Part shown: positions 1-11,230 of the stretch, in pieces
How positions within the stretch are numbered: the first letter of the stretch is position 1
Layout: each line of letters opens with the position of its first letter
Source of the DNA: Phoronis australis
Taxonomy: Eukaryota; Animalia; Phoronida
Assembly: GCA_002633005.1 (NCBI GenBank)
Contig: NMRA01001235.1
Span: 1-37,151, forward strand
Length of the DNA: 37,151 bases
Reading direction: 5' to 3'
Notes under the pieces: model-generated
What the model saw: the letters and a program-made list of their open reading frames with translations, nothing else
The model's database searches: none
What the model was told of the DNA's origin: nothing
Translations under genes and position numbers: made by a program

Positions 1-430
1 CAGCACTGTTCTACTGTAGACTGGACCGTCATGTTGCGCCATCTATTGTTCTTTATTGTAGTTGATTGTATGCTCTTTATTTGATTTCTTCGCTAGTGAC
101 ATGAATGTTATCGTGCTTGCCAAACTACCATTTTAGATAGAGTTTTGCACGGGCTTTCAGAAGACATTTTCCATTTTGCATACGACGTCTACTTTTTGAA
201 TTATTCGAGATTTTCGGATACCGTTGTTCCTTCGGTCGCCTATGCAAGGAAGCAGCTGGCTGGCTTTCAGTTCACTTTGTTTTGGTTATGCCTAGTTGAC
301 CCCGACTGACCCAGTCAGCACTGTTCTACTGTAGACTGGACCGTCACGTTGCGCCATCTATTGTTCTTTATTGTAGTTGATTGTATGCTCTCTATTTGAT
401 TTCTTCACTAGTCACATGAATGTTATCGTG
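1..430. repeat. Direct repeat of ~115 bp (1-115 and 316-430)
   Basis: Near-identical cagcactgttctactgtagactggacc...gttatcgtg at a 315-bp offset. Confidence 0.9.
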
Positions 431-531
431 TTATTCATAAAAGCCGCCTTGATCGTCATGATTGTCGTCGTCTCCCTCATCGTCGTCTTTCCGATTAATT
501 CCGCCAAGTGTCGCTCCTCCGAGCGCTCTCG

Positions 532-885
532 TTGTTTAATTGTTTGTCGTCTTTCTGCAAGGAAGAGCTTGCGATAGGAGAATTGGGCTGTCTGAGGTCA
601 TGGCTATTATATGCTCCTAATTATCTACCAGTTGCATGGTTAAACTGTGCCTAACTTAAAAATTTCTCTGTGTAGTCAAAGCACTTACAAAAATGTTTAA
701 GAATTGTAGAATTTTGAAATGTGTACACGAAAGATCGTGACTATAAATAGCTGGTGAGGCCAGTTGTGACAATTACAGACATTGGAAATTCAATCTTTTC
801 TTAGTAGGAATGGCAAAATTTGGAAAATAAATTGCTACAAGAATGCAGCCAAAAACAAATTGACACTAGATGGTGCAATCTTCAC
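532..885 (+). repeat. ~350-bp direct repeat, copy 1 (copy 2 at 36608-36945)
   Basis: Nearly identical sequence apart from a 16-bp indel and a few substitutions; ends at the single n at 886. Confidence 0.9.
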
Positions 886-1277
886 NTCGGCGTATACCCA
901 TACATCCAGTGCTCCTCTCAATAGGATCACACCAATCCTGTTAAATTTCACAAACTTGAGGGAGACGCGCAACTATAAGTATAACTATGACGCACTTAGT
1001 TGCCTATTTTCACAATGAATGGACCTTCAAGTTGGTGGATAGAGCAGTAGACGGCAAAAGAAAACTGGCCCCCACGAAGAGCATATTATGTACGTCGAAG
1101 AAATGAGAACGATAGCTTTTTTAATGAAAATCCGTCCATGAAATCCAAAGATACAAGTAAACATAAAAAAGCACAATTGCCAATAGGGACGACACTGGTA
1201 CTTTCTAATATCAATTAAATGTGCTGTAGCCAGGTTAGGTAATTAATCTGTGTCTGCATGACTGGGTCCGCCATTAC

Positions 1278-1353
1278 CTTCATAGTTACCACTGCCACGC
1301 CCGCCGCCTCTATCACCATGCCCACGATTGCCACCACCCCATTGGTGCTCCAT
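1278..1353 (-). CDS. Putative first coding exon of a neighbouring gene, Gly/Arg (RGG)-rich N-terminus MEHQWGGGNRGHGDRGGGRGSGNYE
   Basis: Polypyrimidine acceptor tttctgtttcag upstream (exon start 1381), aaaaaATGG context, GC-rich island in AT-rich DNA, donor GAAG|gtaatg. Confidence 0.4.
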
Positions 1354-3852
1354 TTTTTGCAACTCTCAAACACAAGATTAACTGAAACAGAAACGGACAA
1401 TATCAAACACAAATACTAAACTCAAGTTGCCAGAATAATATGCCAACAATCAGAGTGTAGAGTATAAATTGGCTTTAGGAAAGTAGATCAAAATAATGGC
1501 AAAATCCATGTGACGAATGTCTGATGAGCCTGTACATGTCATGCCAAGAATTGTGTGATGACACTTAATGACTAAGCTCAATTAAAAGCCAACTAATTAT
1601 GTTGCACACCCAGCAGAATTAACGAAAAGCATAACATAACAACACTGTACAAAAGTTTTAGGTTGTGAAAGTCAAGATTTCTTGTTCGATTTTCAAAACT
1701 GAAAAGCCTAACTGCTTGTTTTCTTAATGCCGGTAATTTCCCTGATGTGCGGTGGGTCAATTGTACTATTGACAATGGCAAACTTCTTGAAATATCAACA
1801 GTCAGACTGGAAATTTTCCACACATTTACCCACTACGATGAAGAAACCGTAGATGCATTTGGGTGGCTACTACTAACAAGCCCCAGAATTTTCATCCCAA
1901 CCCATGTCAAAAAGCTAAAATAAATTATAATAGTGAACTTAACTTAATCAAACAACTGTGGAGGTATTGACATTGGGATTTATTCCTCTGCTTTTTGTAG
2001 CTAATGAACAATGGTAGTGACTTTCGGTCTACCAAATCTGATTTGAGTTCAATCAAGCAAAAGTCATTTCTGGTTCTTATTATATTCCAGAGAACAACAG
2101 TATGAAAGTAACCCTATTTGGGACTTAAATTAATGCAAATGAGCACTGCATATGGGTCACACATAGCAGCCGCGCTTAGCTATTTCTGTGCAATATGAGC
2201 CGTGCGAAATGGACCACGAGTTTCAAACTATCTTTTGGAAAAGGATTATTCTTGTTGCACTTAAAAATTGAAATAGATTGTTAATTGATCATCTATTAGT
2301 AACCGTTTTAATTACATTTTTTAATCTTAAGTTGCACCATTTTTATATGAATAATTATTCGAATGAAATGAACTTGAAATTGATGTTGCACTTGAAATTT
2401 CAATTGAAAGGATTTTTGGGTCCTCTTTTGGACCCCCAGGACCAAAGCCCAGGATTGACGCCCCTTTCCTTGAAGGGTAGGTGATTGCAATCTACTAAAA
2501 TTATATGTGATGGAGCATCAGAATGGAATACAGTGTTGTGGTAGTGATGAATTGTCATGCTTTCTTCATCTTACCTACTGCACAAACCAATTGTCTGCAC
2601 TCAGTTGCAGTCTTGTGCATTCAATAGGGAACACAAATTGTTAGGTGGACGAAACGAGCAGTGAGGTGAGAGAACTTTGTAATGAAAAGCTGGAAAACAC
2701 CCAGTATGGTACTGAAGCATGATTATAGCCACCAGTCATTACGAGCAAAAGCCCTTTGCGTCATGCACAAAATGTCGGGCCAAATCTCCAGTACGTTGTC
2801 AATGTTCAGAGGAATAACCAAAATTTGTGACGATGGGAGGGGCTCAACACTCATATGGCGTACCCCAGTAGTTTTCACCCGTTTAGCACCCCTCCCACGT
2901 ACCCCCTAGGAGGGGGTCAACACATGTCCACTTGTGTTCACTTGGTTTGCACTCATCCGTATACCCCTTTGCTGGCAACTGGGGGCAACTTACGGCCCCT
3001 TGAACTACCAGGATCAATCAAGAGAATGAAAGCAAATACAGCTGACTATGATATTGATTACAGCACACAATTTTCCATTCTCATTCGATTATAAGTAGAT
3101 GTTTACACTTATCTTACCCATTTTCAATCGCAAATTAATTTTATTGCACGACGTCGAACATCATTAAAGTATGAATTTATCAGCATTTACTTGGTTCAGA
3201 CTTCGCCGCTAAATTAGAGTACACAGCTTATTGACCACTTGGGGCGATAGTTTTTCGACCGATCCATCACGGCGAATGGCAAGATGACGGAGTGAACTCT
3301 CCTATTCTTCGTGCACTCTTTACCAATGGCACGTGTAGTTTTGTTCGCTGTGAAATGTTTAGTCAGTGTAGCCATAATCTGGAAAGTTCAGAAATGGGTT
3401 CACGATTCGCTGTCAGTCAAAATCTACGACTGTTTTGGTACTTCAAGTTTAAAAGTAATATAAAAAGATATTAACCCGTACCCAGTAAGAAAAAGACAAG
3501 TAGCACATGTCAGAACTGCTCGCTTGGTCTCTAGCTACAGCAGTACAGCTCTGGAACTGCTGTTATGTTTATAACCTAGAAGGTATCAACTTACTGACCC
3601 CCTGTCATCACTACTAGTAGTGATAGTAAACATTAAAGCTTGAAACCCAGCCACAAGTCATTTACTGCCTGGCCTAGTATATTGGCTGTACACTCTATAA
3701 ATGACTTTAATAAAATAATCAAATACAAAAAAGCACAAAAATCAGGGTGTTTTAAAGTGATTTATACCACAATATTAGCCTCGAATGGCAGATACAACCG
3801 TGTAATAACCCATAAAGTTATCTCACTAGTGAGATAACATTTTGGCGGGAAA

Positions 3853-3927
3853 CCGAGGCCGGATTCGAACCTGGGCCTCAACAGTTGCGAGTCGCCGACT
3901 TTACCACTACTTCAATCAGTGGCTGAC
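3853..3927 (-). mobile_element. tRNA-derived sequence (SINE head or tRNA pseudogene)
   Basis: Minus strand has an A-box-like tgaagtagtggtaa and a B-box ggttcgaatcc at tRNA-like spacing; the acceptor and anticodon stems pair poorly. Confidence 0.5.
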
Positions 3928-4434
3928 GACATCAAATGTGAAAATAGAATACTTAAATGAGCATGAGCAATAATCGTATTTTTAGCAAAGGGCATTGTAC
4001 CGACAATTATACGCTATGAAAAATAAGACAAATAATTTCCATAAAAACGATATTTTAATTCAATGAAAATTTTCTCTCGTGTTCTCTCACTTGTAAATCA
4101 CTGATCTCCAGTTTGAATGCAGGTGTCGTGTGGTCGGGATCCTTTGACTTGAGCATTATAGTCAGTTACTTGTGGTAACCTACTTTAGCAGACGATATTT
4201 TCCCGGTCGAAGCTTAGCGTGATAAAATGTGTAGTAAGCTATAACAGTTGCTAAACCTTAATTTATAGATTCACTTTATTTCTATTTTGTTTTATTTTTC
4301 AATTGGTTTTGAGTATAAGCATTATTTTACAAAAAATATCTCGGCTTTTCTTAAAAGATCACGACCTCCGACCCCGGGCCTCTGACATAGAAAGTAGTTA
4401 CACAGCCGAGGCGAGTCGAGAAAAGTAGATCGGT

Positions 4435-4623
4435 TTCTCATTCAGTATGGGGTATAAATAGATTATTACATGATCTCAGTCGTTATCCCCCTTCTAGAGC
4501 CCTCGTGGATTTTGTTGAATTATCACCCTCGGGGCTAACACACCTCGGGCGATAATTCCCCAAAATCCACTCAGGCTCTAAATAACGGGGGATAACGACT
4601 TCGCCATGTAATAATCTATATAT
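4435..4623. mobile_element. ~190-bp foldback/palindromic MITE-like element
   Basis: Nested inverted arms: atagattattacatg/catgtaataatctat, agtcgttatcccc/ggggataacgact, tagagcc/ggctcta, gtggattttg/caaaatccac, gaattatc/gataattc. Confidence 0.8.
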
Positions 4624-4892
4624 ATAGTTATTGAAGAAAACACAGAACATACAAAGAAATAATAACAAACCCAGAAACCGCGACTCATTATATCTGAGTT
4701 GTAAACAATTCATAAATGAAACTAATATACATAGAGGTATATACAATTAAGTAGTATCTAATACAAGTATTACAATACTTAGATATGCTATTACAAATAC
4801 ATAAAAACAAAAATATGTACGGATTCATGTATGTAAATCAGATGCAACAATATTGATAAACAGTACATAAAAATTTACTAACGTTGCTAAGG

Positions 4893-5036
4893 AGGAATTC
4901 GTTGAGAACGAGGTCAAGGTTAGGACTACCATTCAATAATTGTTAATGCTCTCAATTCTTGTAATAATATCCCTACTAGAGTTACATTATTACTGAATGG
5001 TAGTCCTAACCTTGACTTTGTTCTAAACGAATTCCT
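4893..5036. repeat. Inverted repeat (~45-bp arms) just downstream of the Gypsy relic stop codon
   Basis: aggaattcgtt...gtcaaggttaggactaccattca pairs with tgaatggtagtcctaaccttgac...aacgaattcct. Confidence 0.85.
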
Positions 5037-5125
5037 AGTATCTAACCATACCATAACAGACTAATCAAATTACAAAAGTTGCTATTCTTGCAAACCCATA
5101 CTCAGCAATACACACTTACTGACTG

Positions 5126-6138
5126 TCAGGAAGTTATATAATCATTAAACCTGGAAGGTTTCTTGATTTCCCTTCCTCTCCTTGTAACTACAGGTTTTGA
5201 ATTAATCTCTGGTAAATCATTATCAGTGTCACTTGTTGATTGAATAGGACTGTGTGTTTGTTTGACTTTGACTTTGTGACGAAATGCACTGGGCAAATTA
5301 GGCTGTACAGAATGTGGAGATTCTGCAGTGGACAGTAACATTTGTCGATTGCGACGATACTCTCGCGCTTCATTACCTGATTTGACAATGTAAGATGTAT
5401 CAGAATGTTGTTTAACCAATTCTGCTGGTTCCCAACCACTCTTAGTTTTCATGCGCATTGCTTGTTCAGACTCAGAATTGTTTAACGCCGGCAATGGTTT
5501 AGTATTTCTGTCGTAATACTTCTTTTGTCTCAATTGATAATTGGAAAGTTGTGAATGCACGAAACGTCTTGTGTGACGCACATTGTCCTCTGCTGTTAGG
5601 TTTTTCAGGTGCTGTTGTGACAGAGTCACTTGCACGGCAAATTTTAATGACATTTACTTCTAAGTCTAGAAGTTTCAACTTGATGTGACTTTCGCGAACA
5701 CCATCGACAATTCTGTCACAAATAAATGTGTCTTCTATGTCACCATAGTCACATCCCTTTGCGCGATGCTTCAGATCGGCAACAAAAGCCATAAGCGACT
5801 CACCGGCTTTCTGGTTGCGTTCCCAAAATGCTTGTCTGCGAATATTTCGGTACTTCTTGTGGCCATAAGTGTTCATCAAAACATTTCAGTACCACGTCTA
5901 AATTATACCTCTCTTCTGGCGACAAATCAAAGGTATTAAACAATTTGACACCATCTGCCCCAAGGACTTGGAGATGAAGTAAAATGTTTACTTTCTGTTT
6001 ACCTGACGCATCCTCGAGTCCGCTTGCAATCAGGTAAATGTCAAATCGCTGTCGCCACTGGCTCCAACTTTCTCCTGTTTTGTCAGTCTCTAGCTGTACA
6101 AACGGTTCTGGCGGGCTCAAGTCTAGCTTAGCAGCCAT
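5126..6138 (-). mobile_element. Internally deleted Ty3/Gypsy LTR-retrotransposon relic (gag joined to the integrase C-terminal tail)
   Basis: Frameshifted gag motifs WSQWRQRFDIYLIASG, AFWERNQKAGES, LKHRAKGCDYG and ICDRIVDGV are followed directly by the pol tail QKKYYDRNTKPLPAL...SYIV...YRRNRQML...TRRGREIKKPSRF. The 5' side falls into the N-gap. Confidence 0.85.
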
Positions 6139-6153
6139 TGTTTAGAACAGTAA

Positions 6154-6821
6154 NNNNNNNNNNNNNNNNNNNNNNNNNNNNNNNNNNNNNNNNNNNNNNN
6201 NNNNNNNNNNNNNNNNNNNNNNNNNNNNNNNNNNNNNNNNNNNNNNNNNNNNNNNNNNNNNNNNNNNNNNNNNNNNNNNNNNNNNNNNNNNNNNNNNNNN
6301 NNNNNNNNNNNNNNNNNNNNNNNNNNNNNNNNNNNNNNNNNNNNNNNNNNNNNNNNNNNNNNNNNNNNNNNNNNNNNNNNNNNNNNNNNNNNNNNNNNNN
6401 NNNNNNNNNNNNNNNNNNNNNNNNNNNNNNNNNNNNNNNNNNNNNNNNNNNNNNNNNNNNNNNNNNNNNNNNNNNNNNNNNNNNNNNNNNNNNNNNNNNN
6501 NNNNNNNNNNNNNNNNNNNNNNNNNNNNNNNNNNNNNNNNNNNNNNNNNNNNNNNNNNNNNNNNNNNNNNNNNNNNNNNNNNNNNNNNNNNNNNNNNNNN
6601 NNNNNNNNNNNNNNNNNNNNNNNNNNNNNNNNNNNNNNNNNNNNNNNNNNNNNNNNNNNNNNNNNNNNNNNNNNNNNNNNNNNNNNNNNNNNNNNNNNNN
6701 NNNNNNNNNNNNNNNNNNNNNNNNNNNNNNNNNNNNNNNNNNNNNNNNNNNNNNNNNNNNNNNNNNNNNNNNNNNNNNNNNNNNNNNNNNNNNNNNNNNN
6801 NNNNNNNNNNNNNNNNNNNNN
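6154..6821. other. Assembly gap (N run)
   Basis: 668 n characters. Confidence 1.
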
Positions 6822-8092
6822 TGTCATGAATTCTCATGATGATCAAGTGAAAGTGAGTCATATCCTGTTTTTTCATTGAACTCTGGCAAAAGGAAGAGTT
6901 GTTACATAATAGTTCCTGTGAGTAGTGACCTCAGCATATCAATGTTATTGTTTCAGTGCATCTGGTTGTCTGGTAAACAAGTCACTTTCCATATATGGCA
7001 TGCCAAGACCAGATTGTGGAATTCCATTCATAAAAGTTTACTATTTGTGTTGACGTCACAGGAACTGACTCAAATACACCCAAAACCCACACATATTTTG
7101 AGTTGCTATATAGACTGTAGTTAGACCCAATAAACTTTGTGAGTTCTTATAGCCTTCAATCGATGTAGTCAGTTTTTATCTCCATCTAACTAGCAACGAA
7201 CCGGTTAGACTCCACAGCAGTCTACAGCGTCATCAACTACCCTACAAGCACTGGTCGGTCCCACTGGCACTAGACCTGGAAATGCCGCCAAGTAATTTAA
7301 CAGCCTCTTTCAATATGGGTCTTGTTTTATGTGACAAAAGACAGCGGCTGGATTCTGCACGTGTGTAGGTACGAGACACCTGTCAATCACATATGTTGTT
7401 GTCAAGGTAACATGCACTCCAGAGTGTAGGAACTTACAAACTTGTATCAGTACTTCAGAGATCGCACATCAAAAGAAAACAGTGACAACCCGAGTACACC
7501 GGCGCGACTCTGACTACTTTTGGAAGCCGTTGTTACAAAAAACCCAGTGTTTTACGATATTCCTCCATTCCAATGACCCAAAACTACGATGTCGAGTTTG
7601 TTCCAAGATTTCCCGACTCGATGATCCCTGGACCTGAAGTTCCATGCCCGTAGCTAACTGCGTGCACGTCATTACCACTGCCGGCAATTTTCAATCAGTT
7701 ACGTCGTAGATGTCTCGATCAGACTCGAATGGTAAGAATTTTGTTCAGGCTGAAACTGCCCAATGTAGAAACAAAAATATTCGGGAAGCTAAAAGGCTAT
7801 GTGGATACGATAATTCACAGTTACGCCTGTCGCAAGAAATCGTACTATAAAGAACCACCAGCGACTTTGGCGGAATCTGCTAACGCCAACTTGTCTGAGA
7901 TGCAATAAGCAAAAAACAAAATTTGGCTTGCAGTTTTTTACTTCTTCAAGATGATACACAAACATCCAATAACGTATTGCCAACCTTTGAATTCAGAAAT
8001 CGAGAGACAGCGAATCGGCCAGCAAGGTACATTGTCCGCTCGGTCGCTACGCATCCTCGATAACCTGGAAATTACACTCATCAAAATAGGGA

Positions 8093-10948
8093 GAATTTGA
8101 CATGTATTCTGTGAGTTATGGAAATTCTTGAAAATACGAGACCTTTCTACTAAAAGCGAATTGGAATTACGTGGGCGGTTAACTGAGCATGGGCGTCAAC
8201 CTGAACGTTTACGGTATACGATTGTATGATTGAACATAATTACACAGCTCAGAAAAACAAGAATCAGGGGTGATTCTTTAAAGTTTAGCGATGCTGAGAT
8301 TCACACAGATTCTGCAGTTTGATATTGAGCATTTTTCTTGATTGTTTTGTAACAGGCACATTTTTGTGGCTGAGAATGTGTGAATAAAGTGAGTAAGATA
8401 TCTTTTCAATTATGTTTTGTGGAATAATATTACAAACAATTAATGTTTTGGAAGAAAGTTGCAGAGGCTCTTGGCCTGAGTGAGTGGTATTTTTTATGCA
8501 TTTATTATCATTTACAAACAATTACAAAAACAAACAAACAAATAAGTACACCATTCATTCACGCATGCACACCTCAGGAAGACCATTCTCATTTCTCGTT
8601 TAAAGTAAATATCTTCTACATGAAGTTAACATGAACAATAAATTTTTCCCATTTTGCAGAGAAGCTGTCANTGCTGAGTAGATTATAGTGTTGTTAGATC
8701 ATCTGAAAGAGCTGTAAAGTGTGTTTCTTGTGCGGATTGCCCGTTTAACATTATTGTTGAACCACGGTTGGCTGTTGTGTTTAATTATCTTTTCAGTTGA
8801 TGGGATGTTGTTTTTTAAAATTTCATAGAGAGTACTAGTGAAGAGTGAAACAGTGTCATCAATGTCGCCAGTGTTCAATATGGAATTCTAGTCAGTGTTG
8901 GTGATATCCTGACACAATTTATCGGTATCGACTTCATCATATTTTCAATTGGTTCGAGTGGTGTGTTGTTCTTTAAACGGTTTTTTAGGTGTTAGAGTGG
9001 TTTTGATTGTGTAGTGATCAGAATTGCCAACAGGAGGTAGTACAGAACATGAGTCAATAATACTCAAATTGTTTGTTATACAGAGATAAATACATGAACG
9101 AGAAACGTCGGTGATACGGGTTGGCTCATTAATTAGCTGTATGCAGTCATTAGACAATAAGATATCAAACAATTGTAGTCCGGCCGTATTGTCATGATCA
9201 TCATTCTTGGACCATGTAGAGTTTCGGGCATTGAAATCACTATTTATGATTACACTAACGCTATTGCGGTTAAGTTCCACTAACTGATCGGCTAGGGCTT
9301 TGAAGTAGTTTTCTTTGCGTTGGAGATTGAGAAGGTGAGCGATAAAACAACCCGTAGCAAATTTTTCCGTCATCGAAATAAAAGATGATGCCACGGCCAC
9401 TGTTACTGTGATAGGCTACACTGTAACCAGGAATGATTTGTTCGATCATTATCAAGGTCGTCCTTGGTAACATTACAAGTTTCACACAGAGCGACAATCA
9501 TATAATCGTAAGACAGAACAAAGTTTTTTAGAAGTTGGAATCTAGAGAAATTGTTGAATTTAATGCTGTTAATATTTGAAAATAAGATTTTAAAGGTCGT
9601 ATTGTCTTCAGGCCCCGGAATTTCTTCAACATCACCAGCTAAAAGGAGGCACATGCCAATGACGATTCCGTAATCCATACAGGTGTTATGTAAACAATAG
9701 TAAGACACATCAGTAAGCTGAACCCGCATAGCGTGATATCTCAATCGATGCCCCTGAGGAGAATTGAACTGTCACCATGCGAGGGAAAACATTGTAAGAC
9801 CAGAGAAACTAACACTACTCGAGGCACTCAAAGGATAGCCGTATTTAACAATTAATACACCAATGCTTATTGAAAATTCAAGGGTTGTTAAATGAATAAG
9901 GTAGTCTGGAAAATTAGGTGAGTCATTTTTAAAAAACAAAATTACATGTATATCTAGTGTTCTCCACATCTGAAAATCTAAACAGGTCGCACGCGTAAAA
10001 ACTGCAACGTACCGGAACCGCGTGGCGGTCAATATTCTCCATAAGTTAGTGTGCAGTTTTTTGTGCACCTTATTTTTACCCACGGATTTTAATAGTAATG
10101 CACAGTAGTGCAAACAAATAACTATGTTTATTCAACTTTTTATTTTTAAAAGTTGGACTTATTTCCAAACATATCACATACGTTACAATCAATTTTGCTT
10201 AGTCGATGACTTTGAAATGGAAGTCTACAGACGTGTTTGATACAGTATGGGGAAATGTTTTAGGCTACTCAATAATTGTGATGATCATGTCACTGTCAAC
10301 TGAGTACCGGTACAAAAAGTCTAACACAGATGTAAAATTTTCCTATGAAGTTGACAGTCCAAGTGAATTTGACATGTATTCTGTGAGTTAAGGATATTCT
10401 TCAAAATACGAGACCTTTCTACTAAAAGCGAATTGGAATTACGTGGGCGGTTAACTGAGCATGGGGGTCAACCTGAACGTTTATGGTATACGATTGTATG
10501 GTTGAACTTAATTACACAGCACAGAGAAACAAGAATCACTGAGGGGTGATTCTTTAAAGTTTGGCGATGCTGAGATTCACACAGATTCTGCAGTTTGATA
10601 TTGAGCACTTTTCTTGATTGTTTTGTAACAGGCGCATTTTTGTGGCTGAGAATGTGTGAATAAAGTGAGTAAAATATCTTTTCAATTATGTTTTGTGGAA
10701 TAATATAACAAACAATTAATAAGTTTTGGAAGAAAGTTGCAGAGGCTCTTGGCCTGAGTGAGTGGTATGTTTTATGCATTTATTATCATTTACAAACAAT
10801 TACAAAAACAAACAAACAAATAAGTACACCATTCATTCACGCATGCACACCTCAGGAAGACCATTCTCATATCTCGTTTAAAGTAAATATCTTCTACATG
10901 AAGTTAACATGAACAATAAATTTTTCCCATTTTGCAGAGAAGCTGTCA
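8093..10948. repeat. ~580-bp direct duplication (8093-8670 and 10365-10948), first copy ending at the n at 8671
   Basis: Near-identical text from gaatttgacatgtattctgtgagtta to gagaagctgtca. Confidence 0.9.
8672..9744 (-). mobile_element. Decayed non-LTR retrotransposon (CR1/L2-like) ORF2 5' part: 2A-like peptide plus APE endonuclease
   Basis: LLLAGDVEEIPGP followed by the APE motifs ILFSNINS, IVALCET, SDFNAR...W, NEPTR and SDH over frameshifted ORFs; truncated at the n at 8671. Confidence 0.85.
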
Positions 10949-11230
10949 TATACAAAGTTTTTATGTGCATTTAATTTTTCAGCATTATAGTATTCATAAG
11001 TTTTTGTATTTGTGACATTTCTCCTTGTAAATGTACTGTTTAGCTAGTAGAAGCAAAATGTTAGATAGAAAATCATGCGTCTTGTAAAGTCCAAGAATAA
11101 CAATATGGTAAGACAGACAGTTGGGAACTGAATGCCACACTTTTGAAGTAACTTTCCGAATTCCTTCCAGAAATCCTGAGTGAGTGGTATTGGTAATAAT
11201 GGGTTGAGCCATGGAGTACGTGTTACACAA
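10770..11230 (-). mobile_element. 3' fragment of an L1/Tx1-like LINE
   Basis: VILGL...NILLLLAKQYIYKEKC resembles the ORF2 C-terminus of L1/Tx1-clade elements; followed by a T-rich tail and an AATAAA/A-rich end near 10770-10785. Confidence 0.55.

Noticed and set aside
3853-3927. Functional tRNA gene
   Set aside because: A/B boxes are present but the cloverleaf stems do not pair convincingly.
6123-6876. Three long ORFs made of X residues
   Set aside because: Artefacts of the N-gap.
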